Origin: an uncultured Acidobacteriota bacterium
GTDB taxonomy: Bacteria; Acidobacteriota; Thermoanaerobaculia; Multivoradales; SZUA-115
Assembly: GCA_963805975.1 (NCBI GenBank)
Contig: CAWDVR010000003.1
Span: 128,001-192,000 of the forward strand
Reading direction: 5' to 3'
DNA: 64,000 bases
Each line of letters opens with the position of its first letter. Within the stretch, counting starts at the first letter, position 1. Below are positions 25,663-38,001 of the stretch, piece after piece. Position numbers and translations under genes: made by a program. Under the pieces are notes generated by a model. It was not told the DNA's origin. It was given only the letters and a program-made list of their open reading frames with translations, and made no database searches.

Positions 25663-26475
25663 TTACGACAGACCCCTGACGTAGCCCCCGTCCACCGCCA
25701 GCGACTGCCCGGTGACGTAACCTGCCTCCTCCGAGCACAGGAAGCCGATCACCGCTCCGATCTCCTCCGCCCGCGCCATGCGACCCGCCGGAATCTGCGC
25801 CGTCCAGGAGGCGATCACCTCGCCCTTGTCGAGCCCCAGGCGCGCCGCGCGGTCGGTCGCCAGCTCATCCTGCCGCTCGGTCAGCGTGTAGCCGGGCAGC
25901 ACCGCGTTGACGGTGACGCCGTCCGCCGCCACTTCCTGGGAGAGCGTCTTGAGGTAGCCGATCACCGCCGGGCGCAGCGCGTTCGAGAGCGCCAGGCCCG
26001 GTATGGGCTGCCGGGCCGAGATCGAATTGACGGCCACGATCCGGCCCCAACGGCGCTCCCGCATGCCGGGAACCACCAGGCGGCATAGCCGAGGAACGAA
26101 GAGGAGGGCGAGCGGGAGGGCCGCTTCCCAGTCTTCGTCGGTGAGCTCCAGGGCCGGCTTGGCGGTGGGCCCACCGCCGTTTGCGACCAGGATGTCGACT
26201 CCCCCGAGCCGCTCTACGACCTCCCCGACCAGCTTCCCGAGAGCGTCGCTGCTGCGCACGTCGGCGGGCACTGCCACCACCTCGGCGCCCGCCGCCTCGA
26301 GCCCCTGTCGCGCGGCCTCCAGCTTGTCGCCGCCGCGGCTCGCGATGGCGATGCGGGCCCCCCGTGCCGCCAGGGCCCGCGCCGCGGCGAGCCCCAGGCC
26401 GGAGCTCGCGCCGGTCACCAGGGCCACCCGGCCGGCGAGCGAACCTTGACCTATCCCCTCTGTGGCGTAGCTCAT
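25663..26475 (-). CDS. SDR family oxidoreductase
   Basis: TGASSGLG, DILVANGGGP, VTVNAVLPG; SNALR in place of YxxxK. Confidence 0.9.
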   Translation of the reverse strand: MSYATEGIGQGSLAGRVALVTGASSGLGLAAARALAARGARIAIASRGGDKLEAARQGLEAAGAEVVAVPADVRSSDALGKLVGEVVERLGGVDILVANGGGPTAKPALELTDEDWEAALPLALLFVPRLCRLVVPGMRERRWGRIVAVNSISARQPIPGLALSNALRPAVIGYLKTLSQEVAADGVTVNAVLPGYTLTERQDELATDRAARLGLDKGEVIASWTAQIPAGRMARAEEIGAVIGFLCSEEAGYVTGQSLAVDGGYVRGLS

Positions 26476-26557
26476 AGCGCAAAGTCTAGCCAGGTTTCTA
26501 TCCTCTGCCTACATTGCGCCCACCGGGATGCGCTCACTGGAGGCGAGGAGGCGAGGA

Positions 26558-28855
26558 GTGAAGACCCGACGAGCTTGGACGGCTGTGCTGTGCTCCCTCG
26601 CCATGGTGGCGACGCCGGCGGTCTCGACCGGCGCCGGGGATCTGCCGGTCACCTCTCCTCCGGCCAAGGGTGGGCCGGCGCCGCTCCCACACCCGATCCT
26701 CTTCGTCACCCAGATGCCGATCGGCGAAGACTTCGCCACCATCGGCTCGGTCTTTGCCAACCACGGCGCCGGCCTCCAGGACGCCGGCCGCGGCGGGGAC
26801 CTCTACATCCGGTACCCGAACGGCACGCTGCGCAACCTCACCCAGCAGGCCGGCTACGGTGTCGCCGGCTTCCAGGGCGCCGGCGCGATCGCGGTGCGCA
26901 ACCCGAGCGTGCACTGGAACGGCACCAAGGCCGTGTTCAGCATGGTGGTGGGGGCGCCCACGGTGCAGTTCCAGGTCAACTCGTACTTCTGGCAGCTCTA
27001 CGAGGTGACTGGCCTCGCCCAGGGGCAGACGGCCGTCATCACCAAGGTGCCGAACCAACCTGCCGACGCCAACAACGTGATGCCGATCTACGGCACGGAC
27101 GGGCGCCTCCTCTTCGCCTCCGACCGGCCGCGAAACGGCGCCGCCCACCTCTACCCGCAGCTCGACGAGTACGAGTCCACCGCCACCAACACCGGTCTCT
27201 GGAGCCTCGACCCGGCGAGCGGCGACCTGAAGCTCTTGACCCACGCGCCGTCCGGCATCTTCCACCCGACGATCGACCGCTACGGCCGGGTGATCTTCAC
27301 CCGCTGGGACCACCTGCAGCGCGACCAGCAGGCGGACAGCGACGCGCTCGAAGGCGACAGCTACGGCACCTTCAACTACGCGAGCGAGGCGGCGGGCGCC
27401 GCGGCGCTCGCCAACCGCAACGAGGTCTTTCCCGAGCCGCGGGCGGCGCGCACCGACCTCCTGGCCGGCACCAATCTCGAGGGCCACTCGATCAACCACT
27501 TCTTCCCCTGGCAGATCAACGAGGACGGCACCGAGGAGGAGACCCTCAACCACATCGGCCGGCACGAGCTCCACGACTACTTCAACCGCAGCCTGAACGA
27601 CGATGGCAACCTGGACGAGTTCATCGCCGAGGTCTCCGGCCGCGTCAACCCGAACTCGATCCTCAACTTCCTCGAGATCCGCGAGGACGTGCTCTCGGCC
27701 GGCACCTACGTCGGCATCGAGGCCCCGGAGTTCCAGACCCACGCCAGCGGCCAGGTGATCGCGGTCGCGGCAGCGCCGACCGCCGCTCCCGACCAGATCA
27801 CGGTCTCCTACCTCACCCATCCGTCGACCGCCACCGTGGTGCCGGACGGCCAGACGCCGCCGGCCTCGCACACCGGCCACTACCGCAACCCCTTGCCGCT
27901 CTCGGACGGACGCCTCCTGGTCTCGCACACGACCGAGACCCACGAGGCCGCCAACGACGGCACGCGCCCCAACCCGGATGCACGCTACGACTTCCGCCTC
28001 AAGCTCCTGGTCACCGGGCCGGACAGCTACCTGCGCGCGGGCACGACGCTGACCGCGGGGATCACCAAGTCCCTCTCGTATTGGGACCCGGACGTGCTGG
28101 TCTCCTACAACGGGCCGCTCTGGGAGCTGGACCCGGTCGAGGTCAAGGCGCGGCCGGCGCCGCCGCGACGCGGGCCCGTGCTCGCCGCGCCCGAGCGCGC
28201 CATGTTCCTCGCCGCGGGCGTCAACCCCGTGGACCTGCAGCGCGACCTCGCCGGCCGCGGCCTGGCGCTGATGACTGTCCGCAACTCCACCTACCGCGAC
28301 GAGCTGGACCGCCAGCAGCCCTTCAACCTGCGCGTGCCGGGCGGCGAGCAGACGCTCGGCAGCGGCGGCGCCGTCTACGACATCGCTCACCTGCAGCTCT
28401 TCCAGGGCGACCAGATCCGCGGCATGGACGGCCCCGCGACCCCTCGGCCCGGCCGCCGCGTGCTCGCCCAGCTCCTGCACGAGCCCGCGGCGCTCGCCGC
28501 CAATCCGCCCAACCCCGGCGCACCGCCGGCGAGTGTCAAGATCGCGCTCGACGGCTCGGTCGCCGCCTTCGTGCCCACGCGGCGCGCGCTCTCGTGGCAG
28601 ACCGTGGCGCCAGACGGCGAGCCGGTGGTGCGGGAGCGCTACTGGATCACCTTCCAGCCCGGCGAGATCCGCGCCTGCGACGGCTGCCACGGCATCAACG
28701 CCGTCAACCAGGCGGGCGAGGCGGCCGACACCCACCCGCCGCAGGCGCTCCTCGCGCTCCTGCAGCACTGGAAGCAGCAGGTGGGGATGATCTTCTCCGA
28801 CGGCTTCGAGTCCGGCGACACGGCGGCCTGGGGCGTGGTGGTGGGCGACCCTTAG
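26558..28855 (+). CDS. Secreted HzsA-like (hydrazine synthase alpha-related) protein with one CxxCH heme motif
   Basis: Signal peptide; GRVIFTRWDH; VVRERYWITFQPGEIRACDGCH; C-terminal IFSDGFESGD. Confidence 0.7.
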   Translation: MKTRRAWTAVLCSLAMVATPAVSTGAGDLPVTSPPAKGGPAPLPHPILFVTQMPIGEDFATIGSVFANHGAGLQDAGRGGDLYIRYPNGTLRNLTQQAGYGVAGFQGAGAIAVRNPSVHWNGTKAVFSMVVGAPTVQFQVNSYFWQLYEVTGLAQGQTAVITKVPNQPADANNVMPIYGTDGRLLFASDRPRNGAAHLYPQLDEYESTATNTGLWSLDPASGDLKLLTHAPSGIFHPTIDRYGRVIFTRWDHLQRDQQADSDALEGDSYGTFNYASEAAGAAALANRNEVFPEPRAARTDLLAGTNLEGHSINHFFPWQINEDGTEEETLNHIGRHELHDYFNRSLNDDGNLDEFIAEVSGRVNPNSILNFLEIREDVLSAGTYVGIEAPEFQTHASGQVIAVAAAPTAAPDQITVSYLTHPSTATVVPDGQTPPASHTGHYRNPLPLSDGRLLVSHTTETHEAANDGTRPNPDARYDFRLKLLVTGPDSYLRAGTTLTAGITKSLSYWDPDVLVSYNGPLWELDPVEVKARPAPPRRGPVLAAPERAMFLAAGVNPVDLQRDLAGRGLALMTVRNSTYRDELDRQQPFNLRVPGGEQTLGSGGAVYDIAHLQLFQGDQIRGMDGPATPRPGRRVLAQLLHEPAALAANPPNPGAPPASVKIALDGSVAAFVPTRRALSWQTVAPDGEPVVRERYWITFQPGEIRACDGCHGINAVNQAGEAADTHPPQALLALLQHWKQQVGMIFSDGFESGDTAAWGVVVGDP

Positions 28856-28933
28856 GCACAGAGAACGCGAAGCGGCGAGGCCGAGGCGTGGCAGGCCGCG
28901 CGGCGTATACTGCCGAGGTTCACGAGGTGCGCC

Positions 28934-29134
28934 ATGAGTCGAGTCGAAGTCCTGGAGCACAAGATCAGCGAGCTTTCGGTCGAGGAGCTTTCGGAGCTCC
29001 GGCAGTGGTTCGCCGAGTTCGATGCTCAAGCATGGGATCGGCAATTCGAGAACGACGTCCAGGCCGGGAAGCTCGATGCTCTGGCTGAACGGGCCTTGCG
29101 GGCCCACGCCGCCGGCGAGACCACGGAGCTTTGA
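28934..29134 (+). CDS. Putative antitoxin
   Basis: 66-aa acidic protein (WDRQFENDVQAGKLD) overlapping the downstream toxin-like gene. Confidence 0.75.
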   Translation: MSRVEVLEHKISELSVEELSELRQWFAEFDAQAWDRQFENDVQAGKLDALAERALRAHAAGETTEL

Positions 29135-29385
29135 TCCACCGCGCCTCGCCCGACTTCTGGGCTTGCTACCGCGCTCTACCCGCCGAGATTCGAGACCGCG
29201 CGGACAAATCCTTCGGGCTCTTGAAGAACGACCCAAGGCATCCCTCGCTGCACTTCAAGAAAGTCGGCCGATACTGGTCCGCGCGAGTCGGCCTCCATCA
29301 TCGGGCGGTAGCGGTGGAGGCGCCGGCTGGCTTGGTCTGGTTTTGGATCGGGTCGCATTCCGAGTACGACAAGCTCGTCGGGTGA
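29131..29385 (+). CDS. RelE/ParE-superfamily toxin-like protein
   Basis: HPSLHFKKV, WSARVG, WFWIGSHSEYD. Confidence 0.8.
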   Translation: MIHRASPDFWACYRALPAEIRDRADKSFGLLKNDPRHPSLHFKKVGRYWSARVGLHHRAVAVEAPAGLVWFWIGSHSEYDKLVG

Positions 29386-29432
29386 GCCCATGCCTGCGCT
29401 ACCCCTCACTGCTGCTACAGGAGTCAATGCCC

Positions 29433-30987
29433 TCAGTTGTAGTGCTTCACCCCGGGCCAGGCCTGGGCGAGCGGTGCCTTGAGCCCGCGCGCCACCCAGA
29501 TCGTGAGGTCGTCCTCGTAGGGCATGCAATCCTGGCAGTCGAAGTGCCCGCCGGGCTCGACGCTCGCGAAGTCGCCGACGTGGTCCTCGAGAGGCCCGCC
29601 CAGGATCAGCAACACCTCGCCCGTGCAGCTCCCCGGCCCCCAGAGCCAGTAGCTGTTGTGACCGGAGACCGCCGGCGGCAGGCCCAGCTCGGGGCCGAAG
29701 AAGTCGATGGCGCCGGCTTGGCCGTAGTTGTTGCCATACACGCAGGCCTTCTCGCGGTCTTCGGGGGGCAGCGCGGAGTGGACGCGCGCCGTCGCGCGGG
29801 CGAGCTCGCGCCAGCCGTGCATGTCGGCGAAGAACTGCGGCAGGCGGCCCAGGCGGTGGTTCTCGTCGCTTCCCGGCTCTATGCCGAGCGCCGCCGCGTA
29901 GCGCACGAAGTCGTCGACCGGTAGCAGCGGCTTGGCGAGCGGCGCGGCGAACAGGATCGACACCGCGGCGATCATCGCCACCGCCCGCGCCAGCCGTGCC
30001 CGTGCCGGCCGAGCGAAGCGAGGGCCGGCGGTCCAGGCCTCGAGCGCGGTGCCCGCGGCCGGGAACAGGACAGTGAAGGCAACCGCGAAATAGTAGGGCT
30101 TCGAGACCGACAGGGCGAAGACCGCCAGCACCACGACGATCGCCCAGCCGAGCGGCCGGAAGGGCCGCGCGGCGCGGGCGGCGAGCAGCCAGCCGAGGCC
30201 GGCGAAGGCGAAGAGGAAGGCCACCGGACCGACCATCATGGGCTGCGCGAGGACGAACTCGAGCGGCCCGAGGGCGTTGATCTTCCCGGCCTGGGCGTTG
30301 GCCACGAACTCGCGTGTCGGCCAGCCGTGTGTGGCCTGCCAGAGGACGTGGGGGAGGAAGAGGAGTACTGCGAGCGCACCCCCGGCGTAGAGCCGGCGAT
30401 CGCGCAACACCTCCCAGCGGCGGCTGAGGAGGAGCCCGACGGCGAGGCCCACGCCCAGCAGGCCCACGTCCAGCTTGTTCTGGAGCCCGAGACCGGCGAC
30501 GGCGCCGAAAGCGATCCACAGCCGCGGGTCCCCCCCCCGCAAGGAGCCGCGCCGCCAGCCACGCGAGCGCCGCCCACACCAGGAGGTCGAAGGCGTTCAT
30601 CGAGAAGATCGTGAACAGCGAGAGATAGCCCGGAGCCGTCGCGGCGAGCACTTGGGCCATCACTCGCCCCCAGCGCCCGCCTCCCATCTCCCGCGCGGTC
30701 TCGCCCACCAGGAGGACCGTCGCGGCCGCGGCGAGGGAGGGGAAGAGACGGAGCCCCACCAGCGAATCCCCAAAGAGCGCCCTCGCCAACGCCGCCAGCA
30801 CCGCCACCATCGGCGGATGGTCCACGTATCCCCAGTCCAAGTGCTGGCCGCAGGCCAGGTAGTAGAGCTCGTCGCGGAAGATGCCGTAGCCCTGGGCAGT
30901 GGCAATGAAGAAGACCAGCGTCGCGAGCGGCAAAGCCCAAGTGGTCAGGATCTCGGCGCGGTCCCGGGCGGGACGAACATTGGCCAT
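29433..30987 (-). CDS. Glycosyltransferase family 39/ArnT-like (GT-C) membrane protein; frameshift in G9 tract at 30530-30538
   Basis: FRDELYYLACGQHLDWGYVDHPP in ORF from 30987; continues as DPRLWIAFG in ORF 29433-30542. Confidence 0.8.
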
Positions 30988-31529
30988 CTCTTCTCCTTTT
31001 CGGGTCTCGCTTCACCCGGCCGGCAGAAAGCGGCGAGAGTCACTTGCGCGCTCCTTATCCTATGTAGAAGGGGCCTCGGGAGCCTTCTCCCTCCTGGTCC
31101 GATCGTCTCTCAGGAACCGCGTTTGTCGGGCGACCTGCCGCGGCTGCCGCGCATCCCCGCCTGGCGGCTATCACACCACCCCGCCGCCCGCAGCCAGTGC
31201 CGGAACAGTCGCCGGCCCTCCAAACAGTGGCCGAATCGTGGCTACGCCGGGCTGCCGAGCACTAAGAACCATCGATAGATGGCCCTAAGTATCCTGAGTC
31301 TGGACCTGCTCCGTAATCGAAATCGTAAGGTTCATCGTGGAAGATTCATCAGCACTTGGCAATAGCGATGGAGAGGCCCAGCCACGCGAGCGGCAGGGGT
31401 TGGAGGAACGAAGCAGCGCGACTCCTATGCTAGGGTCACCGCTCCTTTCGCAACGTTTTCTGATCATTCGCAGGCGCTGAGGCTCTTCTAGGGACGAATG
31501 TTCGTATTTTCTATCTTCCGGAGGATTCA

Positions 31530-34500
31530 ATGTCTCGCCGACTCGTTCCAGTGCTCGTCGCCCTGATTCTCGCTCTCTTCGCAGCTCCCGTCATCGCACA
31601 GCCTCTGCTCAAGTCCGCCATCCAGGTGGACCCGGGCAACACCAAGCAGACCGGGCAGACCTTTGGCTATCGGCTGACCTACAACTGCAGCAGCACCTCG
31701 GGGCCTTGTCTCAATGCCGAGGTCGTGGACCTGCTGCCGATCGAGGTGCAGTTCCTGTCGACGGTGCCGGCCAGCCCCACCGGCGACGTGGCCGCGATCA
31801 ACGTCACGCCGAACTTCATGGGCTCGGGCCGCACGCGAGTGCAGTTCGTGCTCATCCCTTCGCTGCCGGCGGGCAACAGCGGCGACCTCCTGATCAACGT
31901 CCGTTTCCCCAACGGCTCGACCCCGGACGGCACGGTGGCGACCAACACGGCGGACGGCATCAACCTGGCGACGCCGCCGGGCACCTTCACGACGCCGCCG
32001 GTTGCGGTGACCGCCGTGGCCACCGTCCAGGTGGCGCTGCAGAAGACCCTGCTCACCACTCCCGCCAACCTGGACCTGCCGGAGAGCTATCGCCTGCGGA
32101 TCTCGGTGAGCGGTAACAACGGCTCTCTCAACCTCACGGCCATCGGTCCGGTGACCGATACGCTGCCGCCGGGCACGGTGTTCAGCGGCGCCACGCCGGC
32201 GGCCGACTGCCAGCCCGGCTGCGTCGGCACCACGCCGGCGACGATCACCTGGACGAGCCCGTGCTCGGTGCCCCTGGCGGCGGGAGGCAACTGCGACATC
32301 ACGGTCAACGTCGTCTTCCCGAGCGCCACCTTCCCGAGTGGCACCAACGTCACCAACAGCTTCACGGCGGACGGCACGCCGCTCGGCGAGCCGGCGCAAA
32401 ACTTCGGAGTGGGCCAGATCACTCACCCGGTCACCACCTTCGTGCCGAGCCCCGGCGCCGGCTTCGCCAAGAACGTGACTGGCGGCAGCCCCAACCCGCC
32501 GACCCTCAACCAGACCTTCAGCTACGAGCTGGTGCCGAGCAACAACGGCAACGTGCCGCTCGACAACATGGTGGTGGTGGACACGCTACCGGTCGAGATG
32601 CAGGTGGCGAGCGTCACCACCGGCGCCTACAGCGGGCTGGCGGACTTCGCTGTCGGCGAGGGCGTGCGGGTGAGCTACGAGAAGAACACCGCGCTCGGCG
32701 TCTTTACTCTCTGGGGCAGCTCGCCCAACACCATCACCAACACCACGCTGACCACGCCACCCCCCGGCTTGGGCGCGGGCGAGTACCTGACCCGCATCCG
32801 CTGGGAGTATGGCCAGGCGCAGCCTGGAATGAGCGCTTCCGCCCGGCCGCTCATCACCGGCCAGATCGTCAACCCGGACAACGCCGGCGGCCCGGTCGCC
32901 TTCGGCGACACGATCCAGAACTGTGCCGATCTGTCGGCGGTCTACACCGCCGGCCCCACCAACGTGAACCAGAGCGCCTGCCGCAGCTTCGTCTTGAGCG
33001 GGCCGTTCGTGCAGCTCAACCCGGCGAAGGAGAACCTCTCGGGAGGCGGGCCGTTCAACCCCGGGCAAACCGTGTCCTGGCGACTGCGGGTGCGCAGTGA
33101 TCCACGCTCGAGCGACCCGGTGGCACTGGAAGATCTGGTGGCCACCGACCTCCTGCCCGTGAATTTGATCTTCTCGAGCTGGACCTTCGACGACCAGGCG
33201 ACCGGCCTGCCGGCGCCGCAGGTCTTCGACCAGATCCCGAACTTCGCCGGCACCGGCCGCACCCTGCTGCGCTGGACCTGGAACGCCGGCAGCGGCAGCC
33301 TGGGCGTCAACCAGCAGGTGTTCATCAACGTCTCGACCACCATCCGCAACGGCGCCCCGGCCGGCAGCCTCGCCAACGACTTCACGCTCGAGAGCGACGC
33401 TCCCGGCCTCGCGCAGCGCTGCACCGGGAGCTCCCAGGCCGACCCGCTCGACTACGACGGCGACGGCGACACGGCCGAGACCCTGTGCCGCGCCACCGGC
33501 ACGATCACCGTGGCGCCCATCGCCCAGCTCATCTCGAGCAAGACGATCCGCGGCACCTGCGACGGCGGCTTCGGCTCGACCTCCGCCGGCACCTTGATCG
33601 GCGGCGAGCTCGAGTACCGCCTGCGGGTCCAGAACGTGGGCACCGTGCCGATGCAGAACTTCGTGCTGATCGACATCCTGCCCTTTGTGGGCGACACCGG
33701 GGTGCGCGACACCAATCCCCGCGGCTCGCTGTGGACCCCGCTCCTCACGGCACCCATCACGCCGCCCGCCGGCACGGTGCTCTACTACTCGACCTCCGGC
33801 AACCCGTGCCGCGGCGAAGTGGGCGGCCCGGTGACGGGCTGCGATCCGCCGAACTGGACCACGGTTCCGCCGAGCCCGATCACCAGCGTCCGTTCGTTCA
33901 AGGTGGAGTTCGGCGCCCGCGTGGTCGGGGCCTTCGACTTCATCGAGTTCTTCTTCTCCATGACCACCCCGGGCAACGTGCCGCCCGGCGACCCGGCCTT
34001 CAACTCCTTCGCCTACCAGGCGGACCGCGCGGACGGTTTGGGCTCGCTCGCCGCCGAGCCGCAGAAGGTCGGAGTGACGCTGGGAAGCTGCGACGCCGCG
34101 AGCCTCGGCGACTTCGTGTGGGTGGACACCGACGGCGACGGCACCCAGGACGACGGCCCCACCGGCGTCAACGACGTCTTGGTCCAGCTCTCGATCCCCG
34201 GCGGGGACGGCCTGCCCGGCACCTTCGACGACGTGCCCCTGGCCTCGACGGTGACCGCCGATGGTCCCGACAGCGCGCCCGGCTGGTACCGCTTCCCGGG
34301 CCTCGCTCCGGGCAGCTACCGGGTCTGCATCGAGGAGCCGCCGACCTTCGATCTCACCACCCCCGACCAGGGCGCCAACGACAGCCTCGACTCCGACGCC
34401 AACCCGGCCAACGCCTGCGCACCGCTCACCGTGCTGGCGGTGAACGAGGACGATCCGACGATCGACTTCGGCCTGGTGGCTACGGGCGAGGCGGCGCTCG

Positions 34501-37500
34501 GCAACTACGTCTGGTTCGACCGCGACAGCGACGGCGTCCAGGACGAGTCGCCCTTCGACGGCGCCAATGGCGTCTCCGTGCGGCTCTTTGCCGACGACGG
34601 CGACGGCACCCCCGAGCCGGGGAGCGGCGACGCGCTGGTGGCCAGCACGGTCACGGCCGACGACGTCTACGGCCAGCCCGGCTACTACCTGTTCGACGGT
34701 CTGGTGCCGGGAGTGCCGTACTTCGTGCAGTTCATCCTGCCGGCTTCCGCCACCGGCTTCACCACGCAGAACGCCGGCGGCGACGACACGGTGGACTCCG
34801 ACGCCGCCCCCGGCGACGGCACGACCCCGGTGGTGACCCTCGCGTCCGGCGAGCTCAACCCCACGATCGACGCCGGCCTGGTGACGCCGACGGGCACGCT
34901 GGCCCTCGGGGACCAGGTGTGGCTCGACAGCGACAACGACGGCGTCTTCGAGCCGGAGAACGGCGAGCCGGGAATCGACGGCGTGCGCCTGGATCTCTAC
35001 CTCGACGACAACGGCGACGACCAGCCCACGCTGGACGAGTACCTGGCCACCACCACCACCGCGACCGTGAGCGGCTTCGCCGGGCTCTACCGCTTCTCGG
35101 GCCTGGCGCCCGGCACCTACATCGTGGTGGTCGCGCCCGAGAGCTTCGCCGGTGGCGGCGCCCTCTCCGGCCTGGTCACCAGCACCGGCAACGACCCCGC
35201 GCCCGATCCGGACGACGACGTCAACGGGGACGACAACGGCACCGACCTGGGTGCGCTCATCGCCAGCCGGCCGGTGACCTTGACCGACAACGGTGAGCCG
35301 ACGTCCGAGGACGGTAACAACGACACCAACCTGACGGTGGACTTCGGCTTCATCCCCGGCGCCGCGGTGGCCGAGCCGGAGCACGACTACGGCGATGCGC
35401 CGGACACCGGGGCCGGCGCCACCAACGGCGACTACAACACCACCGCCCTCGACACCGGCGCCTTCCACAGCGTCGGCGTGGCGGGCGCGCCGTTCCTGGG
35501 CGCCTGCGTGGACGCCGACGGCGGCTTCAACCAGAACGTGCAGGCGAGCGCGGACGACAACAGCGGTTTCGGCACGGTCGTCGGGTCCTGCGACGTCGAG
35601 GACGACGACGAGGACGGCGTGGCCTTCACCGGTCCCTTCACGCCCGGCGCCACGGCCACCTTCAGCGTCACCGCCGGCGGGCCGGCGGCCTGCTCGCTCG
35701 ACGCCTGGGTGGACTGGAACCAGAGCGGCATCTTCGGCGACGGCGCCGGCGAGCAGATCGCGACCTCGCTCGCCGTGCCCACCGGCCCGCCCACCGTGCT
35801 CACTCCGGGCGTACCGGCCGGCGCGGTGCCGGGCCTCACCTACGCCCGCTTCCGCTGCTCGACGGCGGGGGGCCTTTCGCCCACCGGGGCGGCACCGAAC
35901 GGCGAGGTGGAGGACTACCTCGTGGGAGTGGTGGGCACCGATTTCGGCGACGCCCCGGCTTCCTACGGTACGCAGGGAGCGGGCGCGGCGAGCCATACCA
36001 TCGACCCGATCTCGCCGCTGCTCCTCGGCGGCTGCGTGGACACCGAGGCCGACGGCCAGCCCGACGTCTCTGCCTCGGGCGACGACAGCGCCGCGGGCAC
36101 GAGCTCGATCGGAGGCTGCTTCGACGACGAGGAGGCCGTGGCCTTCCAGTCGGCGCTCACCGCCTGCCAGAGCGCCCAGGTCACGGTCACGGCCGGGGCG
36201 GCGGGCCTGCTCGACGCCTGGATCGACTTCAACCTCGACGGCGACTTCAACGACCCCGGCGAGCAGATCTTCGACGCCCAGGCCTTGACCTCCGGTGCCA
36301 ACGCGCTCGGTTTCACCGTGCCGTGCACCGCGGTCGAATCGCCGACCTACGCCCGCTTCCGGCTCTCCTCGCACGGGCGTGGCGGGCCCGACCGGCGCGG
36401 CGCCGGACGGCGAGGTGGAGGACTACGCGGTCAACGTCGGCGACGTGGACTTGGGCGACGCGCCGGACACCTACGGCACCACGATCGCGAGCAACGGCCC
36501 CAACCACGGCACCACGGTCGGCTTCACCCTGGGAGCGACGATCGACAGCGAGAGCGACGGCCAGCCCTCGGTGGGAGCCAACGGCGACGGCGCCGACGAG
36601 GACGGCGTCACCCTGCCCGCCGGCGGGTTGATCGCGTGCTCCACGACGAACGTCACGGTCAACCTCACCAACACCGCGGGCGTCGAGCAGCCCCTGCTCG
36701 ATGCCTGGGTGGACTTCGACGGCGACGGCGCCTTCAACGACCCGCGCGACCGCATCGCCAACGCTCTGGCTCTCACCGCCGGCGCCAACGTGGTGGCGGT
36801 CAACGTGCCGTGCGACGCCGGACCGGCTGCCTCCTACTCGCGCTTCCGGCTGAGCTCGACCGGGGTCGCGGGCCCCGGCGGCCCGGCCCTCGACGGCGAA
36901 GTGGAGGACTGGGTGGTGGGAGTGCAGGGCCTGGACTTCGGCGACGCGCCGGACCCGACCTATCCCACTCTCCTGGCATCGAACGGCGCCCGTCACGTGG
37001 TGGGTGTCGGCCCCAACCCGACGCTGGGCGCGGTGGTGGACACCGAGCCCAACGGCCAGCCGAACCCCGGTCTCACGGGCGACGACGTGCAGGAGGCCGA
37101 CGACGAGGACGGCGTGGTCTTCCCGGCCGTGATGGTGCCGGGCACGGACGGCACGGTGCAGCTCTCGACCGGCGCCACCGGCGGCACGGTCTCCTGCTGG
37201 CTCGACTTCAACCGTGACGGCGACTGGGGTGACGCCGGTGAGCAGATCGTCACCGACGCGGTGATCGCCGCCGGCACCACCACCAGCCGGACCTTCCCGG
37301 TGACGGTGGGCTCGCCGCAGGGGAGCTCTCCCGCCCGCTGCCGCATCAGCTCGCGGGGTGGGTTGGGGGTGACCGGCCAGGCGAGCGACGGCGAGATCGA
37401 GGACCACCTGGCACCGATCGGCGTCGAGGAGCCGCTGATCGGCGTCGCCAAGCAGCTCGTGGAGATCGTCCGCCTGGGCGGTACGCAGTACCAGGTGGAG

Positions 37501-38001
37501 TTCGAGATCCGCCTTGCCAATCTGGGCAACGTGCCGCTCAGCGACGTCCAGGTGATGGAAGACCTCGCGGCCACCTTTGCCGAGGCGGTCTCGTTCAGCG
37601 TGCTCTCGCTCACCAGCACGGATCTGGTGGTCAACCCGGCCTTCGACGGTGCCGGCGACACCTCGCTCCTGGCCGCCGGCAACAGCCTAGCCGTGGGTGC
37701 GAGCGGCTCGATCTCGCTCCTCGTTCAGGTCGAGAGCGGCGGCGAGACCGGCCCCTACACCAACCAGGTGCTGGCGAGCGGCACCAGCCCGGCCGACGTG
37801 CCGGTGACCGACAGCTCGCAGGACGGCGAGGAGATCGACCCGGACGACGACGGCGACCCGACCGACAACGACGATCCGACGATCTTCTTCCTGTCGCTCA
37901 CCGCCATCGAGATCCCGACCCTCGGCACCTGGGGCCTGATGCTCCTGGTGGCTCTGCTGGCCCTGGTGGCGATGCGGCGGATGAGGAGGGTGCAGGCGTG
38001 A
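31530..38001 (+). CDS. Giant secreted surface protein (about 2150 aa): DUF11-like, SdrD B-like and 4 GEVED domains, IPTL-CTERM; one +1 frameshift at about 36372
   Basis: Signal peptide; three LG(D/N)xVWxD SdrD-B repeats; GEVEDY/GEVEDW/GEIEDH; C-terminal IPTLGTWGLMLLVALLALVAMRRMRR. Confidence 0.85.

Noticed and set aside
26558-28855. Anammox capability from the HzsA-like gene
   Set aside because: No hzsB/hzsC or hydrazine dehydrogenase; only one heme motif; such homologues occur in non-anammox bacteria
28934-29385. Toxin-antitoxin modules as markers of a prophage or integrative element
   Set aside because: No integrase, transposase, att-like repeats or phage genes nearby; same for 49991-50589
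36360-36380. Programmed ribosomal frameshift in the giant surface protein
   Set aside because: No slippery heptamer or homopolymer; a single extra base matches the other +1 errors in the window
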